Positions 31,952-41,560 of a stretch of DNA of 64,000 nucleotides are shown here, piece by piece. The stretch is from a virus. Lineage: Duplodnaviria > Caudoviricetes. The stretch is taken from positions 1 through 64,000 of IMG/VR virus record IMGVR_UViG_3300028591_000072. One strand, given 5' to 3'. The notes beneath the pieces are model-generated. The model was not told where the DNA came from, ran no database searches, and was given only the letters and a program-made list of their open reading frames with translations. Each line of letters opens with the position of its first letter. Position 1 is the first letter of the stretch. Both the position numbers and the translations under genes were made by a program.

Positions 31952-32377
31952 TTATTCGTTTGCGTTGATTTGTTCGGACAAACTTTCAATTGCAGTCCAA
32001 ACATTTTCCTCACCGCCAACAACCTCCATAAACTTCTCATACTCCCTACGGCAACTATTTTCAACTTGTTTCAGCAAAGATGATTCATCGTAGCATCCAC
32101 GAATTTCATCGTTAAGGTACATTGAAATATCGCCCAAAATGCAATCCAATGCGCCACGAAGTGCTTCCTCGTCCAACTTCTTCACGTTATGTGAAAAGTT
32201 CCAAGCAGAATCGTGGAAAGTTGTAGTCATTTTTCCGTGTTCGCTCCAAATCTTCAAATTAAACATATAGTGGGGCAAATTAAATTGTTTGATGCCCTTG
32301 CTTTCGCCCTTCATAGTTGCAGAAACATTGATAGTTCCGATGCCTTCAACTTCAAATTTAATAGTGGTATTTCTCAT
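31952..32377 (-). CDS. hypothetical early protein
   Basis: motif at 32423. Confidence 0.7.
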   Translation of the reverse strand: MRNTTIKFEVEGIGTINVSATMKGESKGIKQFNLPHYMFNLKIWSEHGKMTTTFHDSAWNFSHNVKKLDEEALRGALDCILGDISMYLNDEIRGCYDESSLLKQVENSCRREYEKFMEVVGGEENVWTAIESLSEQINANE

Positions 32378-32657
32378 TGCTTTGTGTTTTTATTGTTACA
32401 CTTGAATTATAATCAAATTCTATGCCAAACTATTAAAATTCTCCGACAAAATTATGATTCAAATCATAAACAAAAGTATGGGCAAAGCCATTTATTTTCT
32501 TCCAAAGTTCTGCGTTTTCTTTCAAATACTTCGCATTGTCAATGCTGCAAATTTGCGCACCCCCGAAACTACCCTTCACAGGTGTAAAGTAATAATATTC
32601 TTTCATTGCTTTTCGTTTTAGTGTTACACTATAATAGTAAGCAACAATCGTGCCAAA

Positions 32658-32873
32658 CTAATTAAAATGAATTAGAATATCATTAATTTTTGCACCAAAA
32701 ATTTCAATTTGCTCAGTAAGATACTCCCAAGAAAACAAATCATCGTCACCGAATCCGTATTTGTCACGGATATAATCCTCCTCATCGCCTTTGTATTTGG
32801 CTTCAATTTCGTTTTCATCGGCATTCTCAATGAATAACTGATGCTCTTTGTGGTCAATGATTGCAAGTAACAT
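32658..32873 (-). CDS. hypothetical early protein
   Basis: motif at 32920. Confidence 0.6.
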   Translation of the reverse strand: MLLAIIDHKEHQLFIENADENEIEAKYKGDEEDYIRDKYGFGDDDLFSWEYLTEQIEIFGAKINDILIHFN

Positions 32874-32928
32874 AATAATTTGAATTAAAGTTATACACTA
32901 CAATAATAGGCAAAAAGTGTGCCAAAAA

Positions 32929-33339
32929 TTACAATTTGGACACAATTTTTTCAATGAAAACCCAATCAATAGGTGTTTTATTTGTGTAAGCATACCCATT
33001 ACAATATGTTTTCTTTTCAAACTCAATGATTTTGCCCTTTGTATTATTAAGTTTCTCTTGTAGTAAAGATTTCCATTTCTTTACATCTTTGCCTTGCAGA
33101 TATTCAAGTACAACATTACCCGAAGCCGTCCAATCGTAGTAACTCGGATTCCACGGTTTTCCACAAAGTTCACTTGAATTTATGACAAAAATGTTTTTTG
33201 ATGCCCTCCTAATGTTATGCGGATTTTCTTTTGAAACTTCATTGATGGCTTCGGTTATTGCCAAAACTAATTTAGCCTCCAACTCCTTCAATTCGTTGGC
33301 AATATCGTCAAACCTTTTCAATATGTTTTTTACTTCCAT
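32929..33339 (-). CDS. hypothetical protein
   Basis: 136 aa. Confidence 0.65.
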   Translation of the reverse strand: MEVKNILKRFDDIANELKELEAKLVLAITEAINEVSKENPHNIRRASKNIFVINSSELCGKPWNPSYYDWTASGNVVLEYLQGKDVKKWKSLLQEKLNNTKGKIIEFEKKTYCNGYAYTNKTPIDWVFIEKIVSKL

Positions 33340-33351
33340 AATGATTTTAAT

Positions 33352-33657
33352 TTAATATCCAAAGGCTTTCAACATAGCACCAAAACTATCAAATTCTATA
33401 CCAAACTCATCGTGGGCTTGGTTGCTTCCGCAAGAGCATTTTACAACTTCTTCACCGCTTCCACACTCGCAGAGGTCAATTCCCCAATGATTAACGCAGT
33501 GGTTGCAGCAATAAGTTTTAGTAAGTCTTTTATATTTGCGCAGGTCAAGACCTATTTTCTTTGCAGTCTTTGGGTACATACTATTCGATGCACCATTATC
33601 AAAGTTAATTGTAATTGCTCCGCAAGCACACTTAAAATACGATTCAATGTTTGCCAT
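33352..33657 (-). CDS. Cys-rich hypothetical protein
   Basis: CACG, CCNHCVNHWGIDLCECG. Confidence 0.7.
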   Translation of the reverse strand: MANIESYFKCACGAITINFDNGASNSMYPKTAKKIGLDLRKYKRLTKTYCCNHCVNHWGIDLCECGSGEEVVKCSCGSNQAHDEFGIEFDSFGAMLKAFGY

Positions 33658-33791
33658 AGTTCTTTGCGTTTTAATTGTTCACTACAATATAAAGCAATAA
33701 TCGTGCCAAAATTCATGAAAAAAGAAAATCGTGAAAACTTTTTTTGTTCCCACGAAATTCAAATGTTCACTTTATTGTTTTGAAAGCCCTA

Positions 33792-34379
33792 TCAATGTAA
33801 TCCTATTGCCTTTTCCCAATCATAGGAATCAATTTGGGAAGGTCTGAAAAAGCCGTTCAAGCCCTTCAGTGCCTCGCCAAGTTTTTTCACTGCATTTTCA
33901 ACTTGCTCCTTATAGCGGTCATAGTTTTCGATGGCATCTTCCCACTTGCCAATTTGCTCGTTGCAAAGTTTTATTTGCTCGTTGCACTCATTTTCGGCAC
34001 CTTCGGCAACAATGCGCCCTTCCTCGTTGACAAATGCCTTCTTGCAGTTGTGGATGCTTGTGTGATAGATTTCCTTGTCGAAATATATCGTGCTTCCGTT
34101 GATTTGCGTGTCACGATTGAAAAGGTAAATCTTCAAAGTCTTATAACCCATATTGTAAGGGTCAGAGATGCCAATGTTAGCACCGATTTTGCACTCTTTC
34201 AAGCGGTTTTCAATCTCTGTTTGGAAACGCTTGTTGAAAACCTTGCCTTCCATTTTCTTTGCGCTTTCGGCAATGATTTGGAAAACGGCAATGATAGTTT
34301 TATATCCACCAATGATGGCGTTTCCGTACTTTACGAAATCTTCTTTCTTGCTGAATCTATTTGCAGTTGTGTTTAGCAT
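33792..34379 (-). CDS. hypothetical early protein
   Basis: GKVFNKRF; motif at 34425. Confidence 0.7.
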   Translation of the reverse strand: MLNTTANRFSKKEDFVKYGNAIIGGYKTIIAVFQIIAESAKKMEGKVFNKRFQTEIENRLKECKIGANIGISDPYNMGYKTLKIYLFNRDTQINGSTIYFDKEIYHTSIHNCKKAFVNEEGRIVAEGAENECNEQIKLCNEQIGKWEDAIENYDRYKEQVENAVKKLGEALKGLNGFFRPSQIDSYDWEKAIGLH

Positions 34380-34628
34380 AATTTTAATTTTTAATTGTTT
34401 GTACTTATTACCTTACAAATATCGTGCCAAACTATTCCTTCCACCATTCGGCAATCCAACTTCTTTTTGCACAAATTGGATATGTTTCCATTGCTTACTT
34501 TAAGGTTTTGCAGTGTGTATTGAATGAATAAAAACTACCTTTTAATCTAATGTGTACTTCCATAGTGTTTTTGTATTTGATTGTCCACTACAATTATATG
34601 CAAATTGTATGCCAAACTTGTTTTGAAA

Positions 34629-35018
34629 TCAAACAAATTTAGTAACCCATCCATTTTTATCCTTATAATAGTAATAGCCATCCCGAGACAAACAAGTTTT
34701 GTTTTTATTATACAAGTTGTTTTTTTTCAAAAACTCAACAAACCTATTATGGTATTCCTTAAATTTATTGTAATTAAGTTCAAGAATTGTATAGGCTTGC
34801 GTCCAACGATGTGACCTAACAATGTCATTCTGCAACCTTACAAAGTGTTCAAAAATCTCCGTAAGTTTTTCTCTATCCGCAAGTTTATCATCGTATTCCG
34901 CTATCTCAATCTCTGAAAGTTGCTCTACAACCGAAAGCCTAAATCTCCAATTCATTACTTTAATCATTGATTTTGCAGCATCGAATTGTTCAAGGTGTAT
35001 TTTTTGTAGTTCTGCCAT
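34629..35018 (-). CDS. hypothetical early protein
   Basis: 129 aa. Confidence 0.6.
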   Translation of the reverse strand: MAELQKIHLEQFDAAKSMIKVMNWRFRLSVVEQLSEIEIAEYDDKLADREKLTEIFEHFVRLQNDIVRSHRWTQAYTILELNYNKFKEYHNRFVEFLKKNNLYNKNKTCLSRDGYYYYKDKNGWVTKFV

Positions 35019-35145
35019 TATATAAAGTATTTAAATCATACACCACAATAATACACAAAAACCATACCAAAAATAACGCATTTGCGTATATTAAATAAAA
35101 AAAGCGGGATTTTTTGTCCCGCTTTTATTTTGCTGAGTTGTGAAC

Positions 35146-35739
35146 TTATCTTTCAGCCCATTGAAGATTATCAACTCTATTGTTGTGGTAGTCACCATCA
35201 ATGTGGATAATCATATAGACCTTTGGGTCTTTCGCTTCAAGGAAGGCATCGGCAACCATATACTTTACATCTGGACAAGTGTTGAGGGTCTTTCCGTTTA
35301 CCTTTGCATTCAAGTGGAATTGCATTGCGTTTCTCGTTGGGGCATCGTATCCCTCGCTGATACTGCAATTCATAGCATTGTTGACATCAATGGTTTTTAA
35401 CCTGCCAAAATTGCTGACTTCATAGAAACAGCCATAGTCAACTTCTCCGTCAAAATACCTTCCAACATTTTGGACAGGCTTCCATTCTTCACCTTCGCAC
35501 TTTGCCACCATTTCGGCAACTTTCTTGTTATTGGGAAGGACAATACTATTAAAGTAGTCCTGCACACCCATATTTGCAGGTTTGGAAAAAACGACCTTTT
35601 TCTTTGGCTGAAAAATAATCTTATTCCCAAACTCGACAAAATCGGTTACGCTTACACCAAACTTTGAGGCAACCATCTTTGCGGTTTGCCTCGCACTGAA
35701 TCCCGAAGGAATACAGAATGAATCGTTCTTCTTAATCAT
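35146..35739 (-). CDS. NUMOD4 / HNH endonuclease-like protein
   Basis: EEWKPV..YEVSNFGRL; HIDGD..NNRVDNLQW. Confidence 0.75.
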   Translation of the reverse strand: MIKKNDSFCIPSGFSARQTAKMVASKFGVSVTDFVEFGNKIIFQPKKKVVFSKPANMGVQDYFNSIVLPNNKKVAEMVAKCEGEEWKPVQNVGRYFDGEVDYGCFYEVSNFGRLKTIDVNNAMNCSISEGYDAPTRNAMQFHLNAKVNGKTLNTCPDVKYMVADAFLEAKDPKVYMIIHIDGDYHNNRVDNLQWAER

Positions 35740-36066
35740 TGCTTTGTAATTTAGGGTTAAACATTTAATGAACTACTTTCATATATGCAAATACTATGCC
35801 GAAATTTGAATTTTTTCAAATTATTTCCAAATCAACACCACAAGGAGATACATTTATAATGTAATTTAATGCTTCTTCATGTGTTTCAAACTCGGTTTTT
35901 ACATCGGCATCTTCCCATTTTACGAAGTCACCATCTTCATTTTTGTAGGCTATTGTGTACATTATATTTTGTGTTTTAAAATTACACTTCAATATATGCA
36001 AAAAACGTGCCGTTTTTTTCAAAAAAACACAAAAAAGGCGACATTTTTTTGCCGCCATTTTGATAA

Positions 36067-36516
36067 CTATTCTGACAATTTTCGTTGCAGGTCGCTTATA
36101 CGCTTGTAAAAACCTGCTGTGTGCATTGATTGTATTTTTAAATAGCAAGTGTCATAGTGGTGCATAAATTCATGCAACAATGTTTCTGAAAACACTTTTA
36201 TTGATATTGTTTGTTTGCGTATTGCAGTTGTGTTATAGATTGTAATTGTATTTAAAATAGGTTTGTAAAAACCAAAAGTTTTTGATTTTAATTTACCACT
36301 ATATCCCGTTGAATGAGGTTGTGGTGTGTTTGTAACAAGCACCGACACACTTGGAATGTGGAATTTGCCACAAAGGTAGTTTACCAATGCTTGCGCCAAT
36401 TTTTGCCTATTCCCATCCTGCAAAAGTTTTTGATATTCGGTTTTGCTAAACCTATTCAATGCAATCGTTTCAATTTTGTTTGACTTTTCGTAATCTTTTT
36501 CATTCGTGTTTTTCAT
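36067..36516 (-). CDS. small zincin-like metalloprotease
   Basis: TLLHEFMHH...H..GFY. Confidence 0.7.
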   Translation of the reverse strand: MKNTNEKDYEKSNKIETIALNRFSKTEYQKLLQDGNRQKLAQALVNYLCGKFHIPSVSVLVTNTPQPHSTGYSGKLKSKTFGFYKPILNTITIYNTTAIRKQTISIKVFSETLLHEFMHHYDTCYLKIQSMHTAGFYKRISDLQRKLSE

Positions 36517-36786
36517 GCCAATTGTATTTTAGTGTTACATTACAATGATAAACAAAAACCTTGCCAAAATTATAATTTGTAGAAAAATATTGACACTTTT
36601 TTAGTAAAAAAATCGTTTGGAAAATGCACAAAAACCAAACGAATATTTATAAAACCAAACTATTCGGACGAATAGCAATGCATTTTTTTAAAAAAGCAAA
36701 AACAAAATGATTATGTAATTACAATAACATACAATTCTAATGCCAAAATTGATTGATTTGAATTTTTACAACACAAAAAATGAGAA

Positions 36787-36999
36787 TTAGTCTTCATAAT
36801 CAAGCTTGGAAAGAACTAATTTAGCATTTAATGATTCAAGCGCATTTATACGGTTAGTTAAGTAATCACGCAAATCAGGAAGATACCTGTTATCAAAAGA
36901 CTTTACATTATCTCTTCGCTTAATAAGTTCGCTTCTTTCTCTTTGAACAAGAGTAAGAAGAATTAATTCTTCTTGAGTCGTAAGTTTTAAATCCTTCAT
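36787..36999 (-). CDS. hypothetical protein
   Basis: 70 aa; starts MKDLK like 37024..37275. Confidence 0.55.
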   Translation of the reverse strand: MKDLKLTTQEELILLTLVQRERSELIKRRDNVKSFDNRYLPDLRDYLTNRINALESLNAKLVLSKLDYED

Positions 37000-37023
37000 A
37001 AGTTTTAATGTTAAATTATAATT

Positions 37024-37275
37024 TTATTCGTTTACCTCTTTCAGAATTCCATCGGCCACCAACTCGTTGACAGTCGGAAAATCCACTTTCATATATTCGC
37101 TCGAAGTGATAGGATAGGCAATGCCGTTGACCATATCGAGCTTTGCGTCATAACTTGCACCTATATTGTAGAAGCATTCGCCATCAGCGGCTTCAAAGTG
37201 ACGGAACGCAGCGATTTCGTCCGAGCCTCTAACCTTTGTATTTATAATTTCCATGGTTTGTTTTAAATCCTTCAT
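37024..37275 (-). CDS. hypothetical protein
   Basis: 83 aa. Confidence 0.6.
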   Translation of the reverse strand: MKDLKQTMEIINTKVRGSDEIAAFRHFEAADGECFYNIGASYDAKLDMVNGIAYPITSSEYMKVDFPTVNELVADGILKEVNE

Positions 37276-37615
37276 AATCTTTAATAGTTAAACAATAGGT
37301 GAACTAACGCTTTATTATCAACAACCTTGCTAAAATTGTGCAATTATAATTTTTTTCAACATAAAAATTAATATTTGGTTTAAAGCCGTTTTTATTCGTT
37401 TTAAAAGACTTTTAATTGTAATGATATAAGATTAATATAATTATAATTGGCGGCATTGTGGGGCATATACGGGGGCATAACGGGCGTTATCCCTACGGCC
37501 CACTGACGAGCGGGCTTTTTTTATATATGGGTGCACAATTGCTTTTCAGAATTTTACCCAAAAATTTTCGTTTTTTTATAGGGGGGGGGTCTTTTTTTCA
37601 ATAGGTACTACTTTT

Positions 37616-38626
37616 TCAAAAAATTTTTTTCCCGGAATTTTTATCAAAATAATTATAAAGTTTATTATGTTTCCATAGCCAATGATAAACAGTAAAATTA
37701 TTAAGTCTTAACTCATTTTTTGTTTCATATTTTGTAACAACACTTAAAATAAAATCATCAGTATAGTTATTTTTTACGGCTAATATTTTGAATTTTGTAT
37801 TTGGAAAGCATTCTTTTTTTAAATTTAAATTAATCATTTTATTATACATAGTCCTATTTTTCCTATACATTTCTTCTTGATTTTTATATTTTTTTGCTTC
37901 TAAAATAACGTCTTCAACACTAATTTCTGTTTGTTTGGTATTACCTCCAAGGCTTCCGCATTTACATTTATTAATCAAAACATATCCATTATCTTTGTAA
38001 TAATTTGCCCAATATTGTTCTTTTTCTTTAGATTCAAGCCTTGTTAAATTTGTCTCAAGTATTTTAGGCTCAGGTATTTCGACATTATTTTCTTCTGAAT
38101 ATTTAAATACGCTATCTTTCTTTTTTTTATACCTATGTTGAACATCTCTTTTATGTAAACTAAAAGTTAATCCAACATAAACATGCTTATTAGGAAACTC
38201 GTAAACGTAAACGGTTTGTGTTCTTGAGTTACTTTCAATATCTTCAAGCCAAATATAATCATCAATCCACCTATTGGATTTAGATTTATAATACGCTTTT
38301 TTGTCAAATCTCCTAAAATCCATGCGTGTTTTATATTTCTTTGCGGTTTCAAGGCAAAACTCGTATGTGTATATTTGTTTTTTTTCATTGTAGCATTTCC
38401 AACACCCAACACTATTAAGATGATTTTTTGGCTTTTGATAAAATTCTCCATGCGCTGGACAAATTATGCACACACTTGTGTTTGAGTCAATATATTTTGT
38501 TTTACTATAATCATATTTGTCACCATGAATTTTTTTTGCCTTATCTATGAAAATTTTTGTTTTTTCTTCGCAAGATAAAGTGTGCTTTATTGTTTTTTTA
38601 CAAATTGGGCATTCTTGCCCTTGCAA
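37616..38626 (-). CDS. GIY-YIG homing endonuclease with DUF723-like Zn repeats (5' end damaged)
   Basis: KKIHGDKYDYSK..CPAHGEF; VYVYEF..VYVGLT..R..QH. Confidence 0.75.
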   Translation of the reverse strand: MQGQECPICKKTIKHTLSCEEKTKIFIDKAKKIHGDKYDYSKTKYIDSNTSVCIICPAHGEFYQKPKNHLNSVGCWKCYNEKKQIYTYEFCLETAKKYKTRMDFRRFDKKAYYKSKSNRWIDDYIWLEDIESNSRTQTVYVYEFPNKHVYVGLTFSLHKRDVQHRYKKKKDSVFKYSEENNVEIPEPKILETNLTRLESKEKEQYWANYYKDNGYVLINKCKCGSLGGNTKQTEISVEDVILEAKKYKNQEEMYRKNRTMYNKMINLNLKKECFPNTKFKILAVKNNYTDDFILSVVTKYETKNELRLNNFTVYHWLWKHNKLYNYFDKNSGKKIF

Positions 38627-38894
38627 ATGTTTATATGGCTCAATTTCAAACTCTCCATGTTCTTCACAAACTAATTTTATTGGTGTATGAGAATTTACAT
38701 AATTAATGGGAACTATATACTTGATGGCACAAAGTCAGTCTGAACAAAGTCATAATAGAGTATAACTTCTCTTTCTTGTTCAGATGTATAGCAATATGCG
38801 GTTTTCCAATCATTTGTTTTAATGTTTTGCCCAGCAATGTTTCCTAAATATTTCATTTTTCAGACTATTTATATATGATATTATTCGCAAAGAT

Positions 38895-39926
38895 ATGAAC
38901 ATTTCCGAAAACCATAACACATCTGTAGGAAAATACGGTGAGGAATTAACAAGACTCATGGAAAAAAATGGGATAATCCCAAAGTATCTATTGTCTTCAT
39001 GTAGATTTCATATGGAAAACAAAGTGCCTATAAAAACTCTTTCATTGTTGTTCAAACAATGGAATACTTATGTTATGAGGAACAATCCAATTGATGTGAA
39101 TACACTCACATATAATGAGTTTAGGGAAATGTTGAACAAATGCAAAAGAGATTTTGGCATTCCGAACAAAGTGTATGATGATGGACAAGTTTCAATTGGT
39201 GAAATACATTCTAATAAAGATATTGAACGATTTCCATTGAAAAACAATTTGTGTATTAAATACCCAAGGGAATATGCTAAATACATAAACCAAGGATTTA
39301 AGTTCTACATGATTGACAACGGGGATGAATCTGACTATGTTAGGTATGTCATATTGATGGTTGGGAGAAACGGAGAGAAGAGTTACTATGATTTAGATAA
39401 CTCACAATTAACTGAAAGAAGTGTAAACGTATTTCAGTCACACCTCACGCCAAATGCGTTGTCATTCATACAAAACATAAACACAGAAAATAACCAAGAA
39501 ATAAAAGAGAATAGAAATATGAATAAGAAACAAAAAATTAGAATCAACGAGAACCAATTAAGGAGAATCGTCACGGAATCCGTAAAAAGGGTATTAAATG
39601 AGATTGGGTATAATCAGTTTTCTGATGATGATTTTGGTGGTAGTGGTGACCCGTATGGGTTGGTTGATTCTGATATTGAGGAATCCAATGATTCGTTGGA
39701 TGGGTATTATGATACATTTAACAACATATCGGTCAGGATTGTGCATGACGGAAAGCCTAATGTTGCTGTTGCTGTATCCGCAAAGGGTAATGGAAACGGT
39801 AATGGACGTGTGGTATTCAGGGGTGTTGAAGCCCAAGAGATTCTTAATAAGATAAAATCTGGGGCTGAAGAGTATGGAAACATTAACATTTCAATGTACA
39901 GGAATCTTTACAAGTATGTACTATAA
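38895..39926 (+). CDS. putative virion-internal protein with INE motif
   Basis: KIRINENQLRRIVTESVKRVLNE; ACTATTTATA upstream. Confidence 0.65.
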   Translation: MNISENHNTSVGKYGEELTRLMEKNGIIPKYLLSSCRFHMENKVPIKTLSLLFKQWNTYVMRNNPIDVNTLTYNEFREMLNKCKRDFGIPNKVYDDGQVSIGEIHSNKDIERFPLKNNLCIKYPREYAKYINQGFKFYMIDNGDESDYVRYVILMVGRNGEKSYYDLDNSQLTERSVNVFQSHLTPNALSFIQNINTENNQEIKENRNMNKKQKIRINENQLRRIVTESVKRVLNEIGYNQFSDDDFGGSGDPYGLVDSDIEESNDSLDGYYDTFNNISVRIVHDGKPNVAVAVSAKGNGNGNGRVVFRGVEAQEILNKIKSGAEEYGNINISMYRNLYKYVL

Positions 39927-39947
39927 TATTTAAAATTTGTATTTTAT

Positions 39948-41105
39948 ATGGAAAAGAATTTTGTTCCAAATGTTCAGTGGATGTCTAAGAAGTATGACGA
40001 GATGAATGCCTGGTTGTTTAATGGAAAGTTGGGTAGGTGCATGTTTGACGTTTTCACGACAGGAAAGGGTTCTGGCGGAAATGTTCTTGGATGGTTTAAG
40101 ATAACGGGCCAAGGAATAAAGATTGATAGGAGGAATGGCAAGATGTTCCGTGACAATTATTTTGACAGGGAGTTTGTAAACCGTAACAATTTTGTTGCGT
40201 TATGCCAGCCAAAGATTGAACTGAATGGCAATTATCACGGAACCGAACATGGGTTTTTAAGCACGTTGGTGCATGAGATGTGCCATTATTACACATATAT
40301 GGAAGGATGGGCACCGAAGCAGGCTCATGGAAGAGAGTTTAGGGATATTGGTAGCGTTGTCGCTTCAAGGTCGAATGGAATGTTCACTGTACAGAGGATT
40401 GCCACGGCAGAACAAATGTCTGAACTTGAACTTAGCGATGAAATGAAAGCAAAGAGAGAAAAAAGGTTGGCCAACAAGAAAGCAGCAGTTAGTGCCGTTG
40501 TTGTTTTCAAGAATGATGGTGATGTTGAACTTACCATTACATCCAGCCAACCTGTCATTGATAAGATTAAAATGTATTATGAAAAATCAGGAGAAACCGT
40601 TGTAGTAAACAACAATTCGGACGTAATTGAATTTTTGTTTTCAAAAGGATATAAGAAGAATGTTCGCACATGGAGATATTGGAATCTTGAGGAAAAGCCT
40701 TGGCTTGATGAATTGAAAAATATGCTATTTGGGTTTGAGAATAATGCCGAAACTGACATTGATGGGCCTAAAAGTGAAGAAAATGTTGAGCCAAGTAAAA
40801 TATTCACAATAAAGACAAGTACGGGTACATTTGAATGTAATGCAGATTCAAAAGAACATTTAATAATTGCAATTAAACAACGTTTTCCAAAGATGAGTGA
40901 CGAGACAGTAGAAAAAGTTATAAACAACCCGGCAAATTACAAGGAAGCAACATCGTTCGTTAGGGAAGAAAGGAATATTCTGAAAGAGATACTTGATGAA
41001 TTCATTGAGAATGAAGGATTGAAAAACAACGGAATTGAAAACTGCGTTGAAATAAATCCTGATATGAATTTGGGTGAATATTCCCCATTAGAAATTAAAC
41101 AATAA
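39948..41105 (+). CDS. SprT-like metalloprotease
   Basis: N..LF.GKL, TLVHEMCHY, HG.EF. Confidence 0.8.
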   Translation: MEKNFVPNVQWMSKKYDEMNAWLFNGKLGRCMFDVFTTGKGSGGNVLGWFKITGQGIKIDRRNGKMFRDNYFDREFVNRNNFVALCQPKIELNGNYHGTEHGFLSTLVHEMCHYYTYMEGWAPKQAHGREFRDIGSVVASRSNGMFTVQRIATAEQMSELELSDEMKAKREKRLANKKAAVSAVVVFKNDGDVELTITSSQPVIDKIKMYYEKSGETVVVNNNSDVIEFLFSKGYKKNVRTWRYWNLEEKPWLDELKNMLFGFENNAETDIDGPKSEENVEPSKIFTIKTSTGTFECNADSKEHLIIAIKQRFPKMSDETVEKVINNPANYKEATSFVREERNILKEILDEFIENEGLKNNGIENCVEINPDMNLGEYSPLEIKQ

Positions 41106-41120
41106 TCAACAAATAAAATA

Positions 41121-41459
41121 ATGAACATGAAAGTAAGAATTAACGAACAGCATTTGTCAAAAATTGTGTCTGAATCTTTTAAAAAAATTATAGAAAATAC
41201 AAAACAAGAAGAAAATGGTTGGAGAATAAATCCTGAAACTAAAATGTGGGAAAAGGAAGAATTTCCATATAAAGGTCAACATGGAAATGATGGGTATGAA
41301 GATGTTGAAGTTTTTAACGTTTTAAATAATAATTTTGATGGGAATTGGCATGATATTCTTATGGCAAAACTTTATGATAAGAATGGGGAATGCCTTGGTA
41401 GATTAAGAGACATGCATTTTGTATATGATATTGGCAAAAACAGATTTGTTGGAATTTAA
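41121..41459 (+). CDS. INE-motif protein
   Basis: MKVRINEQHLSKIVSESFKKIIE. Confidence 0.65.
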   Translation: MNMKVRINEQHLSKIVSESFKKIIENTKQEENGWRINPETKMWEKEEFPYKGQHGNDGYEDVEVFNVLNNNFDGNWHDILMAKLYDKNGECLGRLRDMHFVYDIGKNRFVGI

Positions 41460-41512
41460 TTATTTAAATTAATGTTGCTATGAATTTACATACAAAAACT
41501 GTGCAAAATATT

Positions 41513-41544
41513 AAAAGGGCAACGAGTTATCGCTACCCATTTTC
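41513..41544. terminator. bidirectional terminator downstream of cas3 (near-copy at 54981-55010)
   Basis: aaagggcaacga-gtta-tcgctaccc-atttt. Confidence 0.6.
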
Positions 41545-41560
41545 GTTTAATTTGATAAAA

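Noticed and set aside
33834-34376. Long antisense ORFs (also 10420-10866, 28349-28783, 57166-57564)
   Set aside because: Shadows of better-supported genes on the opposite strand with promoter motifs
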